NCBI RefSeq assembly: GCF_036321535.1
Contig: NC_087437.1
Location: forward strand, 59,398,001 to 59,462,000
Source of the DNA: Camelus dromedarius
Taxonomy: Eukaryota
Length of the DNA stretch: 64,000 nucleotides
Direction: 5' to 3'
Shown piece by piece: positions 1 to 13,200 of this stretch; position 1 is the stretch's first letter; the number at the start of each line of letters is the position of its first letter. The position numbers and the translations under genes were made by a program. The notes beneath the pieces were generated by a model. That model ran no database searches. It saw nothing but the letters and a program-made list of their open reading frames with translations, and was not told the origin of the DNA.

Positions 1-568
1 AATAATGTGTTTTAAAATGTCATTTTAAGTAATAAAAACACTGCTGGAATCCAGGCATTCAGAGAATTTGAGCAAAAGATAATCTACTCCCTTAGTAGAA
101 AAAAGTCCTGGAGATGACAGGCACAGGTGGCTGTTGTGAAGCGTGCTCATTCATCACGTGGAGGCGAGGATAGCATGGAGGGAGCAGCAGCTGCCAAGGT
201 CTCACAATGACGACGCGGGGGAGTGTTGATCTCAACTGCCGAGGGCACTCCCGGCACTACTACCATTAGCAACCTGCCTTTCTTCTGCTTCTTCAGAGAC
301 TTTTGTTCCAAGCCACGTTTTTCCCCTGGATTACACATCTTCTCTGAGTCCCTACATGATGGATTGGACCAAACAGAAAGAACTCTCAACTGAGAGAGCC
401 CAGAAAATACCCTGACCCTCAGACTCTCCTTTCATTTTCACATTTTTTTTTCTCCTAAAGGAATCTGGCATGGGCCCAGCCATCCAAGCGGGGCTCACAG
501 AAACAGGAACTGAAATCAAGCCACAGGAAGTCCCGTGTGGAATAAAGAGAGAGCATGACTGTTCATAC

Positions 569-601
569 CTGCTCCAGGTTTAGGGCTTCCCAATACTTCT
601 G
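569..601 (-). CDS. TMEM44: TMEM44 micro-exon 10 (33 nt, or 30 nt via NAGNAG)
   Basis: Long T-rich tract, tag|CAG AAG TAT TGG GAA GCC CTA AAC CTG GAG CAG|gtatga = QKYWEALNLEQ. Confidence 0.85.
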
Positions 602-909
602 CTACAGAATAAAAAGAAAGATTAAAAAAAAAAAGTGTTGAATAGATTTTGCCACCATCACAGAGCAGAGCAGAGCTTGGCGCCAGCCCCTGTCTGCTCA
701 GTGAGCCAGGAGGCAGTCCCTCCACTGGTCTGGAGGCAAAGGAACAGCTGACTTCAGCAAGCAAAAAGGCAGCAGCTACAAGCGGTGACAATTTACTTAA
801 ATGATCAATGGGATAATTGTGATAATTATGAAGGGCTACAGGTCCTTGAAAAAATGATTATCTATACAGATTTTTAAATTACTATTATTAGAAATTATTA
901 CTATTAGGC

Positions 910-954
<45 letters not shown>

Positions 955-1204
955 CCATTACTAACCACATGGCTGAGATGAGTCAGCTCAAACCCATAAA
1001 ACTAAGAAAGAGAGACGCAAGTGAAACCCTCACTTGAAAATAAGGGGTATGTGCTATCAGCCAAGATTCATTTTTAATCAGCCTTTATTGCATGGCTGGT
1101 TCCACCCCAAGCCTCAAATATGTCTGACTCAGGTTCCTGAAGTGTGGCATCGCCGTCTGCTCCCATTCCTCCAGTGCCTCCTGCAGTGCCTGGGAGATGC
1201 GTGC

Positions 1205-1242
<38 letters not shown>

Positions 1243-4200
1243 CACAGAACTATGAATCTGCAAGTGTCTGTTACACTGTTCTGTGAATGTCTATTACATT
1301 GAATAGCTGCCAATCTGAACAGTACACAGGATTTGGCATTATTGTCACACTAAAACAAAGCCCCTACTGTTCAATTCTTTTAAATTTTCATTTTGAACAA
1401 CTCCTGTTTGTTTGCTTTTGTTTTGTCTTTCTGAGCTTTTTGAGGGCCCCAGTTTAACTCAACGTTGAGCCTTCAGGGCCTGGAGTACACTCAGCTGGTG
1501 TGGAGTGCACTCAGCAAATGTCTGCTGTGTGTGTGTGTAGCTGTGTATCTGAGTTAAAATTGTAAAATCTTTACTGAATACCTCTATTTGTCCATTGATA
1601 ACTGCTAGCCCAGAGATGGGGCTCTGCTCTGGAGCCCACACAAGTGCCACTCTGGGCCAGAGCTGGAGGTGGGGATGGAGTGGGCAGAGCAGAGAGGTGT
1701 CCAAGGCTGTGCTGGCAGAGCCGTGCCCCAAGCTCAGTGCCTGGCCAACTGGTAGCCCTGGGGCAAAGGGCAGAGGTCCCACTCTGGAAGCGAGGAGGGC
1801 AGGGCAGGTGTGCCAAAGCTGGGTCCTCGCTCAGTGCCCCTCACATGCGTTCCCTGCCCCACCCCCCACCACGGGCAGGATGTGGTGCCCTGCAGGAGGG
1901 TGGGCATTATATGGGGTGGGGGGCAGCTGAAACGCAGCCCAACATTTGTCTCCCCAGTTCTTCCCTTCTTCCCTCCCCCTCCCATCCGCCCCTCCAGGTC
2001 ACGTGCTTCCAGCTGGGCACCAATGAACTCTTTCCCCCTTTCCGCAATAGGACATATTAGACATGGCCAACTCCAGTCACCACTGACTTCAGCTGTATAC
2101 CACGCCTTTTCCTTTTGATTAACTTCTTAATTGTAAGATTCTTCAGCCATATCCAAAAGTAAAAAAATAATCTGATGACTCTCCATGAACACATCCTTTC
2201 ATTTGCTCTAATTCTCCCAAGTTTTTATGTGCTGAAGTATTTTAAAGCAAATAATTTCATCTGTAAATACTTCAGTATGTATCTCGTAGATGACTTTTAA
2301 AAACTCCTAAGCACAGTGCCATTATTACACCTAACAAACTGTGGTAATTCCATAGCATTCATCTTTTAATGCCATCTTGCTGGAGGAAACATAAACTGAA
2401 AAAAAAATTAATTGGAGAAGACACAAAGTTACTAAAGATGATGGTTCCACACACACTGCAAAAGATAAAAATATTGATGCTAACATAGAGATTGGAAAAG
2501 TTAAACAACCTTTGCAAATGTAATGGAATTAAAAAAAAGAGATAACAGAAAAAAATGCTAATCTTCACCTTTCTTTAGAAAATATAGATGTTCATTTAAA
2601 ATATAATTGGTAATCTGTGGTTACCACAATGAGTGAGTGTTTTGTTAGAAAAAAAAATTACTAAATACAATGTGATATACTGGATTGTATCCTGGAACAG
2701 AATAAGAACATTAAAGGAAAAACTGGTCAAATCCAAATAAAGTCTGCACTTTAGTTAATTCTAATGTACTAGTGTTAACTGCTCGGTTAGGTAAACAAGT
2801 TTATACCGCATAGCACAGGGAACTATATACAATATCTTGTGTAACCTCTAATGAAAAAGAATATGAAAAGGAATATGTGTGTATGTGTGTGTGTGTGTGT
2901 GTGTGACTGAAGCATTATGCTATACACCAGAAACTGACACAACATTGTAAACTGACTATACTTCAATTAAAAAAAAAAAAAGTCCGCCAACTGGATTTGA
3001 AATGAAACCTCGAAACTTCCTTTCCAAAAACTTCAGCATCAAGTCTAAAATTTCAGAAGACTGCCCTCTAGTGGAAATAATAGCTGAGATTTCTTTTTTT
3101 AAATTACTTTTTAAACCAATATGCCTAGGGAGTACAATTAACCCAAAACTTTGTAACTACACTGTCTTTAGATCCCCTCAAAAAGTAAAAGTAAATAACA
3201 TTTTTATAGTCTTTTCCCCATTTCAAGAGAAAATGTATTCATTTTTGCGTAGAAATTTTTCTCGAAAACAAAAATAAAGATCACCCATAATTCTATCCTT
3301 AAACGAGAACCTCTGTTTACCTGTATTGAATAGTCCTCTGAAACAGATACACACACACACACACGCGCGCACGCACACGCACACACACACACACACACAC
3401 CCCAAATAATGCAAATGGCTTTTTCCTCAACATATCATGAGCATTTCCAAATATCCTTAGATTGTCTTTAGGATCATGATTCCATCACCTCTGTGAACCA
3501 CAGCATGTAGTATTTCAACACACCTCAATTCTAAAGGCACACTTTTTTGTGCTTTTGGAACGGAGATGCATCCTGTAGCCCCGGTCCACAGGCACATGGA
3601 AACTTCTCCTTTGTTCCTGAAGACTTTGAGGTGTGTCTCAGCCATTGAGGAAACAGGGTCACTTCCCAGGCTTGGGAGCTGGATGGGCCCTCAGGCATCA
3701 TTCACTCCCTCCCCTTACGTCTGGGGAGAAGTGACTTCCCCAAGATTGGGGAGGTGAAATGGTACTGGACTCAGGACTGATGATAAAGCTCTTTTGTTTC
3801 TCCTGAACATAAAGTTTTGAGACTGGCCAGATACACACCAGCTACAGTTCCGTCTTAGCTTTCATTAAGGAGATTTCCTTTTGACCTAGTACCTCACAGG
3901 CTTTTCAACATTACACCCTGTGCTTCTGAATCTCCTCCTTTCTATTTCTTTAGTTAATTCAGCAGTTCCATAGCACTTACTCTGGATCAAGCACGGTTTC
4001 AATGCCCACACTTTCTTTCTAACAGAACAACCTCCCCACTTCGCTCTTCCTTCCCAGCAGCTGTGGGGAAAATGCAGTGTGAGATGGGAAAACGGGACAC
4101 AGGCTGGGAAGTGCTGTATGCAAGGTCCATGGTGAACTGGATCAGTGAGAGAAGTTCTGACCCCCAGTGGGTCGGTTTCCTTTATAAAGATGACACTATT

Positions 4201-7200
4201 TCACTGCAGGGACATCCCAAGGTTGGGACAAAAGGGCCGAGATGGAGAAGCCATGTGTATTAAAATGGTGGGCAGCAGGGGTTGGGAGCAAGCACCGCTG
4301 AACTCCAGTCACAAGGGATACAAACACTGTGTTTAGGTCAAATCCCAGGCCCACCTGTGGGAAAGGCCTTGGCAACCTTGGCGCCTGTTCCTGCTTTTTA
4401 AATTAATTTCTTTCCCAATAAAACATGAGATATAATTGACATATAATACTGTATGTTCCTGATCTGGTGGGAAGAAATTTTGTTGTTCATATGCTGCTCC
4501 AGAGAACTGAAGAAGTAGTCCTGGGAAGGGCTGGAAGTGGGCATGCCAGGTCTGATTCAGGAGCAGGGCTGCAGGTAAAACACAGGACACCTAGTGAAAT
4601 CTGAATTTCAGATAACAAAGTATGTTCTAGTATAGATATGTTTATCTGAAATTCAACCTCACGGGCAGTCCTGTATTTTTCCCCTGTTAAGTCTAGCAGC
4701 CTTACTCAGGATTGCAGGGAAGGCTTCTTGGAGGAAGCAGGATTTAACCAGGGCCTTGAAGGGCAGGAGGAGAAGACCGAGATGAACAAAGGAATGCAGA
4801 GAAGAGAACCGGCTGGAGGTGCTGAGAAAAGCCTGGAGAGTCGGCCCAGGGCCAGACAGTGAAGAGTCCTGGAGGTCAGGATAAGGGGTCTGGATGTAAA
4901 AGGTTAATCAGGAAGAAGCCACAGAAAGCCTGAGAGCAGGGAGGCTGTGGGGCTGGTGGAGTGTTAAGAAGATCCTGGGTAGGACAGCAATGAAAGGAGG
5001 GGAGATGGAGGCAGGAGCTCAGGCTGGCGCGCTGGCACTGGTCCAGGTGGAAGCAAAAAGGCTCTCCCTTGGATCTGTGTGATGGACATGCTTGTAGAAG
5101 AGGCCAGAGGACATTTTCTGAGTGACATCTAGGCAGATGCAGCAGCCCATTTTGCTGATGGTTGACCCTGTTCTCTTCCTGATGGAAGCCTTTCCGCCTC
5201 TAAGAACTGACAGTGTAATTAACCTCCAGTTACCTCCTCCGACAATACACTTCTGCACTTAGGGTCACTTGCTAAGTGGGACCTTCATGATGGCCCAGTC
5301 CGAAGCTGAGCATCTGTGGGAATGTTCTACTGCATCGCAGCCCTTCCACACTCCGACCTTGTCAGAGCCTCGCTAGCTCCCTGAGCTCATTAGCTCCACT
5401 TTCAGAGCAAGTCCAGAGAAGTGAATGGCATCGACTGGTTCAACGGCTCTCAGGGCAGCGTGGGGGCCCTGGAACACTTTCCACTCATTGTCCCCTGCTC
5501 TACACCTCACACCACTGGTAGTCTTGCTGAGCCTCGGCAGCACCCCCGTTTGATCCTCATAATCACTCTGTAATACAGGTAGGGCAGGTCTTAACGATTT
5601 CCATTTACAGAGGGAGACACTGAAACTCAAGAATTCCAGTGCAGGACCCAGGCCACCTGGCCGGACCTCGAGACCCAGACAAACCCCTGTGTCCACCCGA
5701 CTCCCGGTCAGTGCTCTCTCTCCTGTGCATCCCTGTTGCCCTTGGGGGCCCAGGGGAGTCTTTCCTCACCCAGGGGGGAACCAGCTGATGGCTCACATAC
5801 TTTGAGATGTACTGTCTCTCACTGCCACTTCCCTAGGAAGCACACAGATCTGTGCAAGGCAGAATCTATGTCCTGAACTCCACTTTTGGCCTTTGGTACC
5901 TACTGGAATGCTATGGCCTCTTTCTTTGTACTTACATATATTTTCTTCTAAAATTAACACTTTTAGATACATGCACCCCAATGTTCAATAGCAGCACAAT
6001 TTATAATTGCCAAGATATGGAAGCATCTTAGGTATCTATCAACAGATGACTGGATAAAGAAGATGTGGTATATACATACATATATACAATAGCATACAAC
6101 TCAGCCATAAAAAAAGAATGAAATAATGCCATTTACAGCAACACAGACGTACCTAGAGATTATCATACTAAGAGAAGTCAGTCAGATGGAGAAAGACAAA
6201 TATCATATGATATTACTTATATGTGGAATCTAAAAAAATGACACAAATGAACTTACTTACAAAACAGAAACAGACTCACAGACAGAAAACAAACTTACAG
6301 TCACCAAAGGCGAAAGGAGGGGAGGGATAAATTGGGAGTCTGGCTTAGCAAATACAAACTACTATATATAAAATAGATAAACAACAAGTCCTACTGTATA
6401 GCACAGAGAACTATATCCAATAGTTTGTAATAACCTATAATGAAAAAGAATATATATACATGTATATGTATATCTGGATACATATGTATAACTGAATCAT
6501 TATGTTATACATCAGAAACTTGCATAACGTTGTAAATCAAATATACTTCAATTAAAAAAATAAAATAAAATTAGTACTTTTAGAGTCAGTGTGTAGATGT
6601 GTGTGTGTATATATACATATATATATTCTTTTTATTAACTAATTTTAACCTTAAAAGAATAATTTGGCTTTAAGAAGGACAAACAACCAAGGGAATATGT
6701 CCTGGTCTGCTGGTGCTGGAAGCAGGCTTTGGAGAGAGAACAAGCAGTCCTGGTTGTCAAGAGCCTTAGGCACAGAATTAGCAGGACACAGTGGCCAAGG
6801 ACCTGAGCCTCTTCAGACAGCAATCTGGTGTTTGGCTCCATTCTCACGCCCCTGGCTCCTGCCTCCCCCTCCCCACTCCAGACACACAGTGGCTCCCAGG
6901 CCTCCACAGTGGGAGGATGCAGGTGTTCCCTTATGGGCCAAGCAGAGCCCAGCTGGTTGGCAACAGACGCAGACAACTCGAGAGCACAGATGCCCATCGT
7001 AGCCAGAGAGTGGGGACAGATGCCCCAGGTGTTTCAGTCCAGTGTTATGATGCATTTGAACTGTGCAATTCTGGGAGCAAAAGAAATCACAAACCAGAGG
7101 AGGTGACGGCCGGGGGCCTGGCCTCCAACTGCAGGCTTCAGTCCCTGGGAGCTGTGGTCTGGAGGAGCCAGGTGACGGTCAGACTGTGACCTGTCTACCA

Positions 7201-10200
7201 AGTACCTCCCACCCTGGGCCAGCCCACATGTCCCTATGTTTTCTTCTTTCAAATCCCCCTGCCTCAGAACATGTTTGCTGCATGAGTGACCAAACAGGTA
7301 GGTGAAGTGTGATGTCACACATGTCAGATAAAAGACCCCCTCCTGCTCCCTTCAGCCATCGGGAACTGGACCTCTGGGGAATCCTGCTCCGAAAACCTGG
7401 GGAGGCTGTCAAGCCCGTGCAATCCCACCACCCTGAGGCAGACGCTGGTTGATAGGTTTGTGGGTTAATTTTAATTTTCTTCTTTATATTTTTCAAGTTT
7501 TCTACAATAAACATGCACTACTTTTAAGAAAACAGACTACCAAAAGGCCTGGTGGATCACATCCCTGACAAGCAGCACTGACGCCTGGTCATACATTAAA
7601 CAATCTCTACTGGGAGTTTTGCAGGCCCGTTGACCTGTCAGTGTCTATGTTTAGTGAGATTCTAAGTTATTTCTGTTCAGGGCTCGGTAGCTCTGTCCTG
7701 TATAGTGTACGGATGTTTTAGGGAACAAAGCAGGAGGACTGTGCTGGGGTGGGGGGGATGGTTACGGGGCTGGGTTGGGGAGCTGAGCTTCTAAAAATAC
7801 ATTCTTTGTTTAACAAGTATAAAGCATTCATTTCCATTTGCCTTATTTGAGAGTGTGACCCTGTCCCCTTGGATTCATAGAGTTAAAAAAATAAACGTCT
7901 AAAAAGAAGGAAAATAGAGCAGAGGAGGAAAAAGGGCTGTGAAACACAGAAATGGCCCAAACCAGCCACGAAGACAAATTGCTACATTTTTCAAGGTCAC
8001 TGTTCAATCCTTCCCCCAGTTGAGGGCTTCCACAGAGTGAGTGTTGCTTCCAATGTGCCCCCCACCCCACCCCAATCTCACCAACTCAAATGTCCCTTCT
8101 CCTCATGAAGACACTTTGCCGTCAGGTTCCCTCACTCTCTTTAGCCTTAGACTCTGCCCAGCCTGCTGACTCCGGGCAGCCAAGCCACAGGCCTTGAGTG
8201 TCCTACACATTCTGAGACCGGATCCAAGAAATAAACAACAGCGAATGAATGACACGGGGATACACGGACCCTAAATTGTCCTTGGTCTGGTACAAAATTC
8301 CTCACTCAAAACCCAGTCCTCAATGACCAGCTGTGTTTTCTCCAGGATCGAGAGATCGAGATGAGGGCTGCCCAGGCCCCAGTGCACAGTCTGGTGGGGG
8401 ACACAGGGCCCTACCGTTCACCAGGCTACCTGACAAACAACGGAAGGGATGTGAGAGAGGCATATACCCTGGCACCAAGGGAAGGAGCCTTTAACCTCTG
8501 GTGTGTGTGTGTTGGCGGCGGGGGGGGGGGGGGTAAGTTCACACGGCAGGAGGCATCTGGGTTGGATTCTGACACATGGAAACTGGGCCAGAGAAAATCC
8601 CAGGGGGAAAGGCCCAGAGTCCTGGGGACGAGGGGACAGTCCACAGCTGAGGCGGGCCTGCGGGTGAGAGCAGCGGAGGGGCACGAGGCTAGGGCAGGTG
8701 GGCACGGCCTGGACCCGACACTGAGGGATCTGACTCCACCCCACAGACGTGTAGCTCTGAGTCTTTGGATTTCAGGGTTCACTATGAGTTGAACAAATCT
8801 GGGGGACAGACTCAGGACAGCTGATTGATGACTGCCAAAAAAAGTCATTAAGACCAAAACCAAAACCTCAACACCAAATACTACCTCCTATTAAAATCAC
8901 TTCATAAAAGGGCATTTAAACACCAGAAACAGTGGGAGAACACAGAACCCGAAAGAAGGACCCTCCCCTTGCTGACACCCCACGTCCACCACTTTGCTCT
9001 CACTCGTCATAGACAAAGGGAAGCTTCCTTCTGAACAGGGTTGAGAGCCACAGCTGTGGGGAAGAGAGTTACACCCATTGGCGGTGTTTTGTTCACAAAT
9101 CCAAAAATTCTGGTGCTCCTCGTGGGGAAAGAAAGGCTTCCATGGTCAAATGGGTTTGGGAAACTCGGAGACTCTTAAAAAGCTTGTTATTCAAGGTCCT
9201 ACTGTAGAGTGTAGGGAACTATATTCAATATCTTATGATGAGCTATAATGGAAAAGAATCTGAAAATGATATACATAAGTATAACCGAATCACTTTGCTG
9301 TGCACCTGAAACTAACACATTGTAAATCAACTACACTTCAATTTTTTAAAAAGTTCGTTATTCAGCATTTATTTCTGTAAGACTTGACTGGGCCAAGTGA
9401 TTCAGTGCGCAGTGTTTCCCTGACTCATTTGACCGCGGGAAGCTCTTCTTAGGGCGGACGGCGTGCGGAAGTCCTCAGGCAGAAGCTTATTTACTACTTA
9501 GCGGCCGCGAGGTGGCGAGGTTGGCGAGGTTGGCGAGGTCGGCGCGGGCGGGTGAGAGGAGAGCGGTGCCGCCACCGCGGGGACGCCGGCTAGTGCGGGT
9601 GAAGGCGGACGCCGAGCACCCGCCGGCGGACACAGCCGTACCTCGAGGTCGGAGTTGATGGAGGAGGCCTGGGAGGAGCTGCTGGAGGAGACGCGGGCCC
9701 GGATGACCTGAACCGGAGGGTACGACGGGGGCTCCTGCAGGGACGCGACTCCTGCGCTCGTCTGTCCGTCGCCCGGCAGCCTGGTGGCACTGCAGCCTGC
9801 CTGCAAGGTGTGTGGAAAAGGGCAGGCGGGGGCTTGTTTGCTGCTTAATTTTTGCACTGTCAGAGCATTCACATCCTCCAGGATTCAAAAGGTACCAAGG
9901 GGTGTATGTAGCACGTAGCACCGCCTCCACCTCCTGCTGCAGCTACCCAGCTCTCCCCAGAGGCAACTGGCGCTCAGTTTAATGTTCTGTGAACTCATGA
10001 GCAAGTGCATGCATATTTCCCCCATTTCCGCAAATGGTAGCACACTCTACACTCGCTTAGGTACCTTGCTTTTTTTTCACTTAACAACATGCCTTAGAAA
10101 TAGTTCTATAGCATATTTTCCCCCCCGTAGCTGTAGGTGTTCACGATCTATTTAATCATCTCCCTGCTGATGGATGTCTAGGGCACTTCTGTTTGCTTTT

Positions 10201-13200
10201 ACAATCAATACTGACTGCGGTAAATTATATTGTACATTCAAAACTTCAGGGTATTTAAAGGATAAATTCCTAGGAGTGGAATTGCTGCATCAGAGGGTAT
10301 GTGCACTTGTAATTTGGATAGCTGTTGTCAAAAGTGCACTCCACAGAGGCTTAACCAGCGCATCCACCAGCAGCATATGGAAGTGAGTTGGGAAAGTTTA
10401 AGGGAGAAAGCAACTTGTGAGATTCTGTATCTGTTTACCTGCCTACCTATCTATCTCAGAAGAGAGCCTCCTCCCACAGGGGCTTTCTCGGAGATCGTCA
10501 AAGCCCTTGGGCTGGGGTTTCAGAGCCAGGCAGTCAATCCCACAGACACACCATGGTGGGGACAACCTGCCTTCTGGACCCATGTCTTCCACCAACTAAC
10601 CGTGTGATCTGGGTCAAATATTTATCCCCCTGAGTCTCAGTTTCCTAACCCACAGAAGGAGTGGTAATTCCTGTCTTGCTTCCTCTGAAGCCCTGCATGC
10701 GTCAAGTGCATAGCTCCCTGTGAGAGTGGGCTGGAAGGGATGAAAGTCCACCAAGGAGACGAAGGCAGCTTTCTGGGCAGCGCAGGCAGGTGGCAGAGGT
10801 GGAGCAGCAGAGGCCTCCCAGGCAACACTGAAAAAGTCTATAAATTCCCCAGGCCTGACCACACCTGAGTCAGCAAATAAAATGGCATTTTCCAGTGCTC
10901 CAAGCTGTTGATTCCTGGGACCGCACACCCCGGGCCCTCAGGCTCAGCTTGGATCTGCATCTCCTGGAAAAGCTCTCCTAGGACCAGTGCTCAGGAGGGG
11001 ATGCTGGGACGGGTGAGCACTGCCCTGGCTCTTTCACCCGCTTCCAGATGGCAGGCCAAACAGGATGTGTCAAGGCACATGGCATCACATGACCATCGGG
11101 ACATCCTCATGGGGGAAAAAAAAAGAGAAAACTTGCTCACATAGCAGGCATGAGATGGCAGCATAGAGAGCATGTCCTCTCTGTGAAAGCTCAGGTCCCA
11201 GAACCAGACAGGCTCAGTCTGAAACCTATTTCTGTGATTTTCTAACTATAGGATCTTGGGCAAGTGAGTTAACCCTGTCTCTGTGTGCCTCATTTTAAAA
11301 TAATAAAATTATTAGTGATTAGTAAATAACAAGGATAGAAATAGTAATAGTATCTACTTCAGATTGTTATAAGGATCTGTGTTAATAATAATTTAAAAAA
11401 CAACCATTTGTCAAGCGCTTCCCTGATGCTTACTCAGCCATTTTACCAGGTAAGAAGCTGTGTAGTATTGTGGTCAAGGGCACAGAATCAGGTGGAGAAA
11501 GCTCTGAATCCTGCCCGCTTCTACCATCGGCAAACTGTGTCCCCTTAACCAAGTTGCTTAACCTCTCTGTGCCCCCATTTTCCATATCTGTAAAATGAGA
11601 ATAATACCTCGAGACTTGGCTGTTCAGATTAAATGAGTTAATCTATGTAAAGCACTTAGATTAGTAGTCTAAGCACTATGACCAGTACAATAAACATCAT
11701 GGAAATGTTGGCTGTTGTTATTTACCCAGAGCCTGGCAAGTAGTCAGCCCTCAATAAACAGACTACCATGGGAATGGTGGTCCTAGAGCCCAGAGCCAGC
11801 CTCAGTCCCTGGCTGGACGTTGGGGCTCCAAGCTCCCTGTGGGAAGCTGTCTTGGAGACACCTCTCGCCCTCTGGTGGTCACAGAAGGAAGAGGCCAAGT
11901 GGAAGTACTTGCTCAAAAATGTACTGGCAGGCCTCCGCGGAAGACAGCGAAGGAGGAGCACAGTTTTCTTTTAAGCAGTGTGTTCCCCAGTGGGCAGCCA
12001 CTCAAGATTCAGGTACTGGAAGGGTTCAAGTGAACGCAACTTTTGAACTATTATTTTTCAGAAGTTCTGTGATTTTTAAATTTCTAGTGCAAAGCTCTGG
12101 CCCAGCGCCTGTGCTTTACCCAGGGCTTCTCATCACCCACCCACTCACCAACCCACCTTCCCATGGGAAGAGGAGCTTAATGGCTGAAGTGGGCTCTCAG
12201 TTATGAAAGCATGCTCTGAATCTCTCTGAACTTCACTTACATCACCTACAGGGTATTTGCGCCTATTTTCCAAGGAACAACAAAGAGTAAAACCTATCTC
12301 TCAGGCCCAGCTCTCTCTGAGCACCGGCATGTCCCGCAGACAGTTCAGTGGGGGCTGCTACCACTGAACTCCAGGTTCCAAACACACCTGTACCAAAAGC
12401 TCCCTACCTGATGTACCAGGATGTAGGCAAACAAAACAGGAGACAAAGTTTATATCCCAGCAGGAAACAGAAAACAAATGAAAGAAAACGACTGTGATAA
12501 GTGCTATGCAGAGCATTTAAAAAGGTAATAAAATAAAACGGTACAGCAGAGGGGTGGAGGCTACTTTTGAATGGCTGGTGGGGGAAGGTGACATTTTAAC
12601 TGAATTTTGAAAGACAAGAAAGAGGCAGCCACGTAAAAAAATCAGGAGGAAGAGCATGTAGGCAGAGGAATGGAGAGAAATTCTGTGCAGCCAGAGGACT
12701 GAAGAAGGGGAGAGTAGGAGGCAGTCAGGGAGGGGCGAGCACGGGGCTGGGAGGGTCTTACAAGTCTGTGTTAGGAGATTAGATTTTATTCTGCATGAAA
12801 TGGCAGGCCAGAGGAGAGTTTTAAACCGAGGAGGGACGAGATGTCATTTACATTTGTAAGAGACCCTCCAGTTGCTAGCTTCAGGTGGAGGGGTGGGACA
12901 AAAACAGCAGTGGGAGGAAAACCAGTTGGGAAGCTGCTGCATATACTTTCAAAGGAGTATCTACAAGACTCACACATGGACTGGATGGACAGTGGCGCAT
13001 AGTGAGGGGAAGACTAGAATTCTGGATTTGACCCGCTCTGAGGGCAGTTGTGTTGCTTACTGAAAAGAGGAAGACGGGCAGAGGGGCCCGTCCGGGCATG
13101 GAAACCCAGGATTCCGTTTTGGACACAGCATGTGTGTGATGCCACGTGGTGACAATGAAGAGGTAGCCGGGCAGCCAAGACTGGAACTGAGGGAGAGGAA

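Noticed and set aside
8361..8863. Overlapping 108-145-aa ORFs around a poly-G run
   Set aside because: Low-complexity, GC-rich intronic sequence with no recognisable protein or splice structure
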